From NCBI GenBank assembly GCA_002269645.1, contig NIVC01003439.1, forward strand, positions 33,454-97,453: a stretch of DNA of 64,000 bases, given 5' to 3'. Position numbers and translations under genes: made by a program. This document shows positions 49,800 to 62,400 of the stretch, one piece after another. This stretch comes from Macrostomum lignano (lineage: Eukaryota). The notes under the pieces were generated by a model, which did not search any database, was not told the origin of the DNA, and saw nothing but the letters and a program-made list of their open reading frames with translations. Each line of letters starts with the position of its first letter. The stretch's first letter is position 1.

Positions 49800-51761
49800 A
49801 TGTCGTCAGCTTCTGGCGCTAAAGTTAAAAAGGCAGACGAGTCGGCAGCTTCAGCTGCAATGCCCAGCGCTACCACAAATGGCGGCGGCAGCTCTGCCAT
49901 TGAGCCAGCTTCTGTGCCCGCAGCCTCTTCTGGCAACGCCAGTCCGCCGTCGTCCTCCGCTGCCGCTGGATCGAATGCGCCCTCTGGTACTGGCGCTCCT
50001 GATGGCAGCCTGACATCGGAGAATAAGTCGCCAGCTAAAGCTAAAATAACGCCTACTGGCACTCCGGAGCAGCTTGAAGAGCTGGAAGCGCTAACTAAAA
50101 AACTGTCTGCCTATTTAAAGATAGAGAGCGGACATGGCGTACGGGACACATTGAACGACGATATTGCTAGCTTTTTAGAGAAGACATTGTCGCATGATAA
50201 TCTGAAAAAGGATCGCGCAATATTGCTTGAGCTGGATTATTGGCTCAAGCATCAGGCCAAAATTCTTGATGACGGCTCGCAGGACGGTGACGAGACACTT
50301 TGGAGTAACCAGGAGCCGCGTATTCGCATGCTAATGCACAAGCTTTGCGCATTCTATGGCTTAGATCACAACATAATGGGGCCATACCAGAGCTCCACTA
50401 TTCGGATCGAACGCCAGAAGGAGCACTTTCGCAATTGGAATTTCTCGATTAGCGATCTGGCGCGATACTACGAGCTGCGCGATCAGCTATGCGGCGGCAG
50501 CCAGAATGGCGGCCATCCAGCTACGCCTGGCAATAGCGGTAACAAAGAAGCCAGTCCAACTGTGCTCAATGGCGAAAAGAAAATCCTTCGCCGCGAAGGT
50601 CCACCCTCGACGCCGAAAGGTGGCTCGCCGTACGGGCAGCAGCAGGCCACGCCGCCGCGCTCATTTGAAGAGCGCCGCCAGGATTACGACAAGCGTCGCA
50701 AAGAGATTGTAGGCAGCGGCTACCACGAATCGCAACAGCAGCAACAAGCCAAGATTAATAGCGGCCATAGGCGCAACGACCAATCGGCAACTAACGCCGT
50801 TTCTGACGAAACCGCTGTCGGTGTTGTTAACGTCGGCTCTTCTCCAAGTCCGCAGCCGCAGTACGCCCAGGTTTACCTGCGCGACGATCTCTCCGTCTAT
50901 CGCCTAGTGCCCGCCCGCGTTTCAGAGCTATCCCGCGGCGATTTTGTATTTATTGATCTGCGCGGTCCGCTGCTGACCCCGGAAGGTACTAGCGTCTACC
51001 GCTATGATCCCGATCAGCGCTACGCCTTGGCTCCTGCGCCTGTTCGTATCAATCCGACTGCCGCGGCGGCCACCGCAGCCGCTAATGTCGCTGTTGCTAA
51101 CCAACATCAACAGCAGCAGCAACAGATGGACTTGGTTCACGTGGCTAGCAATTATCCGGCCAGTATTCCGGCTCACGCTGCCACGGCTGGGCTCTATTTT
51201 GCTCACCCGTTCGCTTATCATCCAACGGCTATGGCGGCCGCTAATCTGCCAGCCGTCTATCCGACTGGCGGTGCACCCGGATACTTTTTTTCAACTGGTA
51301 GTCCTTCTCAGCTTGGCCAACAGCCAGCTGCCAGCGTTGCTACTAGCCAGTCAGCTGCTGCTGCTGCCGCCGCTGCAGCCGCTGCTCAGCATCTTACTTC
51401 GCCTCCGCAGCATCAGCAGCAGCCGCAGCAGCCAACAGCTAGCGTCTATCACCAGCTGCAACAGCAGCAAGTAGCCGCAATGTACGCCTATCAAGCTGCT
51501 GCTCAGTTTACCGGAGTGCCAGCTAGCGCTGCCAGCTATGCGCCTCAGCACTATCATCAGATGGCAGCCGCTGCCGCCAATAGATTTGTTGGCCCGTCGC
51601 TGCATCTTTACTCACAGCAGCCGCAACAGTCAGCCGGAGTTGCCCAGGCCCGTCTGCAGCAGCAGCAGCAACAACAGCAACAGCAACAACAGCAGCAGGG
51701 CGCAAGCGGCGGTGGTGCCGGTGGAGGCGGAGGCGGAGTAGAATCTCAGCAACGAGCTTGA
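49800..51761 (+). CDS. R3H and SUZ domain RNA-binding protein (R3HDM1/2-ARPP21-encore family), intronless, 653 aa
   Basis: DRAILLELD...RMLMHKLCAFYGLDHN (RxxxH), SUZ-like KKILRR...RSFEERRQDYDKRRKEI, family-like GPLLTPEGTSVYRYDP, and a Q/A/Y-rich low-complexity tail. Confidence 0.87.
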   Translation: MSSASGAKVKKADESAASAAMPSATTNGGGSSAIEPASVPAASSGNASPPSSSAAAGSNAPSGTGAPDGSLTSENKSPAKAKITPTGTPEQLEELEALTKKLSAYLKIESGHGVRDTLNDDIASFLEKTLSHDNLKKDRAILLELDYWLKHQAKILDDGSQDGDETLWSNQEPRIRMLMHKLCAFYGLDHNIMGPYQSSTIRIERQKEHFRNWNFSISDLARYYELRDQLCGGSQNGGHPATPGNSGNKEASPTVLNGEKKILRREGPPSTPKGGSPYGQQQATPPRSFEERRQDYDKRRKEIVGSGYHESQQQQQAKINSGHRRNDQSATNAVSDETAVGVVNVGSSPSPQPQYAQVYLRDDLSVYRLVPARVSELSRGDFVFIDLRGPLLTPEGTSVYRYDPDQRYALAPAPVRINPTAAAATAAANVAVANQHQQQQQQMDLVHVASNYPASIPAHAATAGLYFAHPFAYHPTAMAAANLPAVYPTGGAPGYFFSTGSPSQLGQQPAASVATSQSAAAAAAAAAAAQHLTSPPQHQQQPQQPTASVYHQLQQQQVAAMYAYQAAAQFTGVPASAASYAPQHYHQMAAAAANRFVGPSLHLYSQQPQQSAGVAQARLQQQQQQQQQQQQQQGASGGGAGGGGGGVESQQRA

Positions 51762-53464
51762 CTGCGCTCTCCCTCTCACAACTCCTAATTATGGGACAGT
51801 TTCGAGGAAATTGCTCTTTCTTGTTTGAGGACGATTCTTCTTTTAGCTTCCATTTCCTTCGGCTCGCCTGTTGTTCGGTCTCATTTTAATTCTTAAAAAT
51901 CCGCTTTCCCTCCCCTATTGCTAGTCCTGAGGTTCCGATCTCTGTTCGCATATAAAATTTATTTAACTCATTTCGGCAATTTCGGCAAATACTTGTCTGA
52001 TCCAATTCTACCGCGTTTTAATGACTGATCGATTGCTTCATAAGTCTCCTTCCGGTTCTTTTGCAACGAATGTTGATGAATTCCGACAACGCCCCCCGTT
52101 ATCTAATACCGCTCATTGATAGTCGTATCCTATTGGCCTTTCTCAATCAATATCTATGCATCGCGCTGTATTAATTTGTTTAAACTATGACGTAATATGG
52201 TGCTCCCCCTCGTATGTCTTGTGTCTCCGCACTTTTGCTCTTGAAACAATTTATATTAAACTATTTACTTTAAAAAAAAAGCAACATGAATAAGAATCGT
52301 CTGTATAATGGTCTTACCTGCAGGCTTTTACATGTCAATTTCCTGTCAGTGCTACCAGCGGCTCTATATTCTGTCTTCTATACCCATTTCCCCCAGATTA
52401 TATTAGTAAGTAATGCGACTATAGGGCGGGTCGGGTTTGTAATTGGTTTTAATATGTTAATATTCTATTATATACATGCGTACATTTGTCCGTCAGTCAG
52501 TCTTCCACACGGAGGCCTTTCCCGTAGCTCCGTTAATCAACTCTATTTGATATGTACAAGTGTATTTTTTAAATATTACACCATTTTTGATAAGTATTTA
52601 CCAACAGAGATCCATTTTACCTTTAACTTGATTGCGTAAATATTTATAAACTAAAGACTAAACTAACTGTTTTTAGTGGGGCCGTGAAGCTATCACTTTT
52701 AGCGTTCAATTAACAGGTTGTGCAAAGTATTTATCAGTGCGTACATTTGCTTGCGTCCATGACTTTTAACTAAGAATTGGTTTAGTAGAGAAACTCCCCC
52801 GCTCTGTGCTCAAGTTACATAATCATTCGTTATTAGTATATTTCATTTCATACGTAGCTAGAGAGACGACAGATGGCACGGGTTTCGTTTAAATGGTTTC
52901 TTTTAGCTTTTTTTCCCATCGCGCTGCTTCTCTTGGCTTTAGATGAAGACTTTTTAAATGTCGACAGGATTTGTTTAACAAAATTGTCACCAACTTGCCT
53001 ACCTGTGCTTGTATTGCGTTGTTGAGTAAAAATATCTATTGTGCCCCAATTTATGTGTTTTTTATTTTAATATTAATATTTACTAGTTACCCCGTTCTCC
53101 TTTCCAGTTATTATTTTGTTCTTATTGTCGTGGTCTTTTATTAATAGGTAAAACCGCAGGTACTAAACTAACTTAGATAAATCAGTCACAAAAACTGCGC
53201 TCACCTCTTTTAGTAGCAAAATTAGCGTTTTTTGTCTGCATCTTTAGACCTAAACTTAAAGCTACAACAATCGTCACTGGCATTCTAGCAGACCCATAAA
53301 ATTAGCATCTTTATCCTGTTTGAATCTTGCACGCAAATCCAGTTGTGTGTGCATAACAAAGCAAGAGAGAAAAAGGGGTGGCGCCCCAGCCAGGCCGATA
53401 AACAGTTTGGCTTTTCTCTTGCCTGACTCAAGTGTCTGACTTTATGCTCTTTGCTTACTGCTTT

Positions 53465-53990
53465 CTGGCTGGCTGAGCTAGATTCCCCTAGGCTGAGTCT
53501 AACTTTGACTTCTCTCCCTACTGCTCTCTCATTGGCTGAGCTAGATTGGGCCATGGGCCTGTCCCCCCTAGGCAGAGTTTAACTTTGACCTCTCTCCTTG
53601 CTGCTCTCTCATTGGCTGAGCTAGATTGGGCCATGGGCCTGTCCCCCCTAGGCAGAGTTTAACTTTGACCTCTCTCCTTGCTGCTCTCTCATTGGCTGAG
53701 CTAGATTGGGCCATGGGCCTGTCCCCCCTAGGCAGAGTTTAACTTTGACCTCTCTCCTTGCTGCTCTCTCATTGGCTGAGCTAGATTGGGCCATGGGCCT
53801 GTCCCCCCCTAGGCAGAGTTTAACTTTGACCTCTCTCCTTACTGCTCTCTCATTGGCTGAGCTAGATTGGGCCATGGGCCTGTCCCCCCCTAGGCAGAGT
53901 TTAACTTTGACCTCTCTCCTTACTGCTCTCTCATTGGCTGAGCTAGATTGGGCCATGGGCCTGTCCCCGTCCCCAACCCCCCTAGGCTGA
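53465..53990. repeat. 80-81-bp tandem array (~6 units)
   Basis: ATTGGCTGAG recurs at 53531, 53611, 53691, 53771, ~53852 and ~53933. Confidence 0.95.
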
Positions 53991-54412
53991 GTTTCGTCCA
54001 TCTTGTTCAATTATGTACACACCGATCTTAATGCTTGTTCATTCTTAACCATATGAGCGAGGCCACAAAACCCGATGAAGAAAATGAAATTTTAGCTGCC
54101 ACATTAAATTTAAGTGACATTGCGCAGATAATTGTTAATAAAGCAAAAATTAAGCAGAAAAAGTCTGGTTATTTTAGTATCTGTGGCTTAAGCTATCAAG
54201 ACAAGTTTTAATTATAGAGTTTAGCTACAAACGTATTTTATTTCTTGAGAAGAAAATTTTTTCCACAAATTTTTCGGCCTACAAATTCACAGTCAACTTG
54301 TGCGCGCGACCGATCAGATCAGATCATGTCTATAAACTTGTCATATCCGTGATTATGTTGTCCTGCCGCTATGCACACTGTGTTGCTTGCTTTGGCTATT
54401 GCTTTCCCATAT

Positions 54413-54440
54413 CTGTGTGTGTGTGTGTGTGTGTGTGTGT
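54413..54440. repeat. (GT)n microsatellite
   Basis: Direct reading of the sequence. Confidence 0.95.
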
Positions 54441-56693
54441 TTTTAGCTTTGCTCCAGCTATGCAATCGTGTTATTCTCCTCTCCGTTCGCTCTTCTCGCA
54501 TTCGTTCGCTAATCCGATTTATTGCTTTATATCGCATATATATATATTAATATAGCGTATTGTGCCCGCTTTCACGCGCTGTGTTGTCCAACAATCCAAC
54601 CCTGGCAGTTCCTTCTGACAATATGATTTTGTATGCCCATGTTGCTAATTCATGTCTAATGTCTAAGGAAGGTTGGTGTTTTGTAAGCAAGCTTTTTCAG
54701 TTCTAAAATTGTGTGCCAGACAGATAAGAATAAGAATAATAAATCCATAATTCATATATGCTCGTATTCTTATAAAAAGGTAAATAGTAAGGAAAGTTGA
54801 ATTTGTGCCCCGTGTATTGTTTTACTGACGTGCCCTTAAACTTAAACTTAACCTGAACAAGATTTATAAAATCTCTGAAACAGAATTCGGTGGTATGACC
54901 TGTCTAATTTCTTTAATAGAATTCAAATAGCTGCCATGTGTGGCGATGACAGGTCACATTTGTCAGTTTTGACCATAGACAAAAGTTCAGAGCCAATGAG
55001 AGTGGAGTCTTTTTAAAATATAAATAAATTCTCTACAACAGAAACTTATAAAAATAGTAATTGCTTCCAACACATTGCCCTTTTGCTGCTTCTTACTATG
55101 TTTTTGCTCTGCTTTATTCTGCTTTGCCGCTGCTTTTATTAGTATCATTGAAAATTGTATCTATTCTTCAAAACTGCACCCATATTGGCTTGGAGGGTTT
55201 TGATGAAATTCCTTCGAAAGTTACCCTTCCTGTCTGTATGTGTACAATTCTGTTCATTGCAACTATCTCATACGGTGCAGTGTTGTGCAGGGGGTCTGCT
55301 TTGCCCTGCGCTCCTAAAGTTCAGCTCTCTTTTTGTGTACTCTGTTCTAAATTCATAACTGTATTTTTTTGCAAAAAACTCAAAAGTAACTACTGCATCG
55401 ATTTTGTGTTGAAAATGATTGGACTGATGACTGCCTTGATCTCGCTATCTGTGCACTCATATTGCACACCACAGTTTGCTCTCCTTCGTATGTACTTTTG
55501 GTTTTGTTGCATAGTTAATATGAATACTCTGCGCTGCACTACAAATTAGAGAGCCACTTGAATCTATTCAATACTAAGTAATACTTATAATATATATTAT
55601 AAGAATCCTTTGAACAGAAAAATACTACTATTGTTCTTTTTGGCTAACCGTATCAATATGGTATATGCATATTAATTAACTGTCTCTTGTTTGCAAACTT
55701 ATGCAAGTCTACCTGCTTTCGAGTTGATATGCACATATTAATAATATATAAATTTGATTGATTGCTGCTAGCCATTTCTATGTGTACTATAAATATTATA
55801 TATGTATACATTTCAACTAAAGAATTAGTTTACTGCTCCTAATAATTATCAGATGCAATCGAGTTTCAATTTACAGTGTTGCTGCTATTTACTAACTCAC
55901 CCTTTGTAGCCTTTCAACTTCCCAGCTCTCACGTGTCGTCTGTCATTATCTGTCTGTGAAAATTCCAAGCATTAATATCCCATTTCTAATCCTATTGGAG
56001 TTGCTGATCCCTATTGCATTCGATGCGCTTTTATAAGCAAAAAATCTAATTATATCTATATTTATATATCTCCTGATATGCCTAATTAATAATTAAAATT
56101 GCTATTGTTTGTGTAGTACTCTGGCCTTGTATCTGTGCCGGGATTCTGTCTACTAATATGTGTTATGCATATGTATTGTAAGTGTACTTAAATGTTAAGT
56201 TTTACTAGTAGCTTTGTTAATTTGGAAGCGTTATATTAAAAGAACCTGTACTTTCAATAAAATTCCCATTTGAACCAAAAATTGAATAAAATGCATAAAT
56301 ATTGTTGCCCCGTTGGGGATATTCCATTATTGACTCATTTATTTATTACAAGTAATTATTATTTTGGACTTATACTACTAGTTCAGTGTTAGTAGTCTGC
56401 TAAAGTAGAAGCTATCTATTTAGTTTTTTACTTGAAATGCTAGAAATCAATTTTGTGAGTGCTGAGGCGCTCCACATTCTCTCGGAAAGGACGTTTCAAT
56501 ACCTGGGTGGGTTTTGATATTTTTAAAAGAATATATTGATTGCAGTAGTGCATCATAGTGGAGGTCCAGGACCAGTTTCGGAGTTCAAAGTTAAAGAGGT
56601 GCATCGATGGACAACTGAAGTAGAAGGACAATGCAGTCCATTTTCTTAGAATTCACCTGCAGTCCTCTAAGGAACTAATGGTTCTGTCTAGGC

Positions 56694-56943
56694 CATGTAG
56701 ATCGTATATTTCCTAGATGGGCCACTCTATTCAAACTACGAGTACATGTATGTTGAAAATTTGATCCCCCGAAAAAGCAAGTTCAGTAGCTGAGGGACAT
56801 AGCAATTTTTTGTGATGCATGGTAAGAAATTTAAACAATATGTACGAGTAGACGGTGTTCGCTAAAATTTTCAAGAAATTCATTGAGTCTATGGGCGCGG
56901 CCAAGTACACAGTGGCCCATCTAGGGAATATATACGATCTATG
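56694..56943. mobile_element. Small hAT-like MITE
   Basis: ~33-bp imperfect TIR CATGTAGATCGTATATTTCCTAGATGGGCCACT / AGTGGCCCATCTAGGGAATATATACGATCTATG. Flanks GTCTAGGC and GTCTAGAT may be a degenerate 8-bp TSD. Confidence 0.6.
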
Positions 56944-57121
56944 GTCTAGATGTTGCCTCTATGGTGTTGCCTCTTCGTTTCGAGGGCCCCACTAAGCTTT
57001 ATACATCGACGAAACTAGCGGGCATTCACGAAAACTAGAGGCTTCAAAACCATTCCTTCCCGCCAAACTATAGCGTGTGTGGTACATATCAAAACACTAT
57101 TGCTTTTGATAAAGCAAAGAA

Positions 57122-58072
57122 CAGGCGCATTGCCGCCGGGGGGACATGCCAATGCTTTGTCTCCCCACCCCACTTTGTGGTAATCAGTAATTTTTCTACA
57201 GGGCGCCAAATTATAGCGCCTTCGGCACCCAAATGACTGTCTGCGGCGCTAAAATGAGTGCCCGCGGCGCTAAAATGAGTGCCTGCGGTGCTAAAATGAG
57301 TGCCTGCGGTGCTAAAATGACTGTCTGCGGTGCTAAAATGAGTGCCTGCGGTGCTAAAATGACTGTCTGCGGTGCTAAAATGACTGTCTGCGGTGCTAAA
57401 ATGACTGTCTGCGGTGCTAAAATGAGTCCCCGCGGCGCTAAAATGAGTGCCTGCGGTGCTAAAATGAGTGCCTGCGGTGCTAAAATGGGTGCCTGTGGCG
57501 CTAAAATGAGTGCCTGCGGTGCTAAAATGAGTGCCTGCGGCGCTAAAATGAGTGCCTGCGGTGCTAAAATGAGTGCCTGCGGTGCTAAAATGAGTGCCTG
57601 CGGTGGTAAAATGAGTGCCTGTGGCGCTAAAATGAGTGGCTGCGGCGCTAAAATGAGTGCCTGTGGCACCTAAATGAGTGCCTGCGGCGCTAAAATGAGT
57701 GCCTGTGGCGCTAAAATGAGTGCCTGCGGCGCTAAAATGAGTGCCTGTGGCACCTAAATGAGTGCCTGTGGCGCTAAAATGTGTGCCTGCGGCGCTAAAA
57801 TGAGTGCCTGTGGCACCTAAATGAGTGCCTGCGGTGCTAAAATGAGTGCCTGCGGCGCTAAAATGAGTGCCTGCGGTGCTAAAATGAGTGCCTGCGGTGC
57901 TAAAATGAGTGCCTGCGGTGGTAAAATGAGTGCCTGTGGCGCTAAAATGAGTGCCTGCGGCGCTAAAATGAGTGCCTGTGGCGCTAAAATGAGTACCAAA
58001 ATTTAGTCATGTACATGTACATGTTGAATTCTTGGCCTTGTCCCCCACCATTAAATCCATGGCGACGCCCTG
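57122..58072. mobile_element. hAT-type MITE carrying a 21-bp minisatellite
   Basis: Exact 8-bp TSD GCAAAGAA (57114-21 and 58073-80). Ends are CAGGCGCATTGCC and GGCGACGCCCTG. The interior ~57230-57995 is (GGCGCTAAAATGAGTGCCTGC)n. Confidence 0.8.
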
Positions 58073-59439
58073 GCAAAGAACTAATTGGCATTGACGTATT
58101 GTTTATAAATGTAGTTTTGTTGTGTTGGCTAGTATACTGTTTGCTAAATTTGGATGTTTGGATGCCACGCAACGCAGAGTTGGGCTGGGTGAGGAGGGAT
58201 TGGAAGAGCGGAGGGCGAAGATCGGATGGATTGAAGCTTCCACCAGGTTTTCATTGTTTTTTCAAGCATTTTTAATATCAAAATGGTTGGCCAGGTGATA
58301 AACGCTGGTCGAAAGACACTGCTCACTGGGGCAAAGAGTGGCGACTTTTCGTCGATGTTGCTGAGTATACACCTGCCTTTATCATCAACCAATTGATAAA
58401 CTCTAGGAGTCTACATTTACAGTTTAGTAGATAAAATAACATGTCAGCTAGATGGGAGTTCCGTCTTCAAATTTTAAATGTCGATTTCCTGGACGTGGTT
58501 TCTGAGTGTAAAAGCAGTCCACAGCAAGCTTGCAGTCGGCTGTATCCCAGATTTAATGGTAACCCTATACAATGAGTATGCATTCAATACGGCGCTTTCA
58601 TATCTCCGACAAGTTTAACTCTAACCCTAACGGAGAGATTTCAAGTGTCGGAGATATGAAACAATGACACACGTCCCTGTAGCGACATACGGCCACCACA
58701 ACCATCTTGCAGGGATGTAGCGCGAGAAGGCTGACTAAGATACATATTGATATTGTGTGTCAGGTGTGTTTGTACACCACCCAAAGTCACGAGTATAAAT
58801 AAATGCTCTCTCTCTCTCTCTGACCCCCGTCCCCAGTCTCAAACTCGTTGCAGCTTCAATACTCTGCCAACCTCAAAAATAGTAATACAGCAAACACACC
58901 GCTGTACTCCCTGCAGTGACAAATGCACGCACGCCGACGACGCGCTGTACACAATCGCTTTTGTTCTCAAATTTTTTAGCTCTCGGCTCACTCCACCCCA
59001 CCCCCCCAGTTCCGAAGGCGCGGTGGCTCACTGTGCAGTCTATCGCCGTGTTGCCGTCACAAGAACCAGTTAGCTCTCATGCCTACGCAAAAAATGGGCG
59101 AGAGAGGGGTTGGCCTTGAAAACAAACCTCTATTTTAGGCGTGCTTATAAAGCGCCGTGGCTGAGACTACACACGCACACACAGAGACGAGAGAGAAGCA
59201 CACGGAAAACGCGTGCGAACATCAGCACAGGCCGAGGCGAATTTATCTGGCTGCCATTTCCAAGCTCTTGCTACGCCTTATCTAATCAGCAAGGCAACTG
59301 ACGCTAAAAAAAGTTCAGCTTTCGGACGAGCAAAACGCCCAGTAAAGCGCATCAAGATTCAGCAGAACAGCAAAAGCAACTTTTTGTCAGGTTAAAGCTG
59401 AACTCAATTTGATCCCTGCAGCAGTTTCTGATTGATCTC

Positions 59440-62400
59440 ATGGCCAGCAGGGTCAGCGGCGCTAGCAACGGCAGCGCCGGTTTCGGCAAGCCGCCGGTCG
59501 GCCGCTGGAGCTTCCACGGCGCGGCGTCTAACCGGGGCGCCAGTCGGCATCGCCCTCGAAGTCTCAGTCGCCGTCGTTGCCATCCCAGTCGCCGTCGATG
59601 CCATTGAAATCGCCGAGGTCGCCCTCGTCGCAACGGGGCGGCCGACGCGGCGCTGGGAGCAGCTTCGGCGGCCGGTCTACTCGAAGTCCTACTGCTCCTG
59701 GCGGGATGAGAGCATCGCCGGCGAGTCCGCTATCTCGCTGGGCTCCATCGATGAGACTCTCGAGCTCGCGATCCCCGAGAGCTGGTGCGCAGCATCGGCA
59801 TGGACTGCTTCACCACGAGGAGAAGGTGCAGCTGGACAACCTGCTGCAGCGACTGCTGGCCGCCAGGAGGCAGACGAGCGGCGGAGAGAGTTGAGTGATC
59901 GGGCTGCCCGCCTGCCTGTCTCATTGTCTATCCGCCTGTCTGTCTTTGTCTGTCCGCCTGTCTGTTTTTGTGTCTTTCCACCTGCCTGATCTTTGTGTCT
60001 GTCCCTCTGCCTGTCTCAGTGTCTGTCCGTATGCCTGTCTGCTGTCTCAGTGTCCGCCTGTCTGTCTCAGTGTCTGCCCGCCTGTCTGTCTTTGTGTCTG
60101 TCCGTCTGCCTGTCTGCCTGTCTCAGTGTCCGCCTGTCTGTCTCAGTGTCTGCCCGCCTGTCTGTCTTTGTGTCTGTCGCCTGCCTGTCTTAGTGTCTGT
60201 CCGCCTGCCTGTCTCAGTGTCTGTCCGCAGCTGTCTGTCTCAGTGTCTTCCGTCTGCCTGTCTCAGTGTCTGTCCGCAGCTGCCTGTCTCATGTCTGTCC
60301 GCAGCTGCCTGTCTCAGTGTCTGTCCGTCTGCCTGTCTCAGTGTCTGTCCGCAGCTGCCTGTCTCAGTGTCTGTCTGCGTTTCTGTCTGTCTACCGCATT
60401 CTCTGGGCCGCACCCGCAGGAACTGCGCGCGAGCTGCATCGCACCATGCCCAGGTGAGCGGGTGCAAAACCAGAACGAACAGCCCGGCCTGCTGTACAGC
60501 CTGTGCGAGCTGTGCGGCTCCCGGCTGTACATGGTGCACCGTCGATACGTGGCAACAGTGGCGCCTACCTGGCCTGCCGCTCCTGCGTCTACCTTGTGCA
60601 CGGCAGCGAACCTCAGTGCCGGCTGTGCCGCCTGGAGGTGCTGAACGCGGCCAAGAGCGGCGACTGGTTCACCGAGGAGGCCGACAGCGGTCCGGGGCCA
60701 GGGAGTTGTCAGCGGCCAGGACATCCTGCTTGCCTCGCTGGCCCGGGAGCGGCAGCGGCGTAAGTTGCAAATTACTTTTTTGGGTGCCAGTTGCCATTAC
60801 AGTGTGCCAGTTGCCATTTTAATGTGCCAGTTGCCATTACAGTGTGCCAGTGCCATTCTAGTGTGCCAGTGCCATTCTAGTGTGCCAGTGCCATTCTAGT
60901 GTGCCAATGCCATTCTAGTGTGCCACTTTCCATTCTAGTGTGCCAGTTGCCATTCTAGTGTGCCAGTTGCCATTCTAGTGTGCCATTACAGTGTGTCAGT
61001 TGCCATTCTAGTGTGCCAGTTGCCATTCTAGTGTGCCAGTTGCCATTCTAGTGTGCCAGTTGCCATTCTAGTGTGCCAGTTGCCATTCTAGTGTGCCAGT
61101 TGCCATTCTAGTGTGCCATTACAGTGTGTCAGTTGCCATTCTAGTGTGCCAGTGCCATTCTAGTGTGCCAGTGCCATTCTAGTGTGCCACTTTCCATTTT
61201 AGTGTGCCAGTTGCCATTCTAGTGTGCCAGTTGCCATTCTAGTGTGCCATTACAGTGTGTCAGTTGCCATTCTAGTGTGCCAGTGCCATTCTAGTGTGCC
61301 ACTTTCCATTTTAGTGTGCCAGTTGCCATTCTAGTGTGCCAGCTGCCATTCCTGTGTGCCATTCTAGTGTGCCAGCTGCCATTCCTGTGTGCCATTCTAG
61401 TGTGCCAGCTGCCATTCCTGTGTGCCATTCTAGTGTGCCAGTGCCATTCTAGTGTGCCACTTTCCATTCTAGTGTGCCAGTTGCCATTCTAGTGTGCCAT
61501 TTGCCATTCTAGTGTGCCAGCTGCCATTCCTGTGTGTCATTCTAGTGTGCCAGTTGCCATTCCTGTGTGCCAGTTGCCACACTAGTGTTCCACTTAGCCA
61601 CCCTTGAGCAGCACAGATCTATAATTCTACGAAGACGCTTAGATCTAAGCGTGAGATCTGAAATTCCTGCATTACTCAGTGCAGGGATCCTATCTAAAAA
61701 AATTACAGAACAGATCAAACTATACAACAGAATCTAATTCCAATACGTGACCCAGAGCCAGTCCGAGTGGCTTTATGAGAGGCGAGCTACCCCGGCTTTC
61801 GGTTTTTCTCATTTTGTTCAAACAAAGCTGGCTTAGCTGCCCTCGGCCTGACAGCGGTTCTGTCTCTCCCCTCATCCCGGACTTGGGCTTTTATCGATAG
61901 CGAAAAATTGCCTCCGAGTTCCTGCCGACTGATGCAGCAATCGTATTTTAACTGCCGATCGCTTTTGATCGCCACTTCCCCCCTCCGCTACCCCAATCGG
62001 CTCCGCATCCCATCGGCCGGCAATATTCTGCAGCTTGCAGGTCTGTAAGTCTGTCTGTAAACGCTTTTATAAACGATATTTTTGAGAGAGTGAGGCTTGT
62101 GAGGCTTGCAGTGGGAAACAGACTCATTGGTGCTGTTAGGACAATTTTTCTGTTCGTGGAGTCTGTAAGTCAAATTAGTAAGCCTGTCACTCTGTAAATC
62201 AAGTTTGAAAAGTCTATCAGTCTGTAAATTTCTCAGTATGTAAATAAGTCGAAGTCTGTCAAGTCTGTACGAGTATACTGTATCTAGTCTGTAAGTCACT
62301 CAAGTCTGTATTTCTAGTTTGTCAAGTCTGTAAGTCTGTCAAGTCTGTAAGCCTGTCAAGTCTGTCAAGTCTGTAAGTCTGTCAAGTCTGTCAAGTCTGT

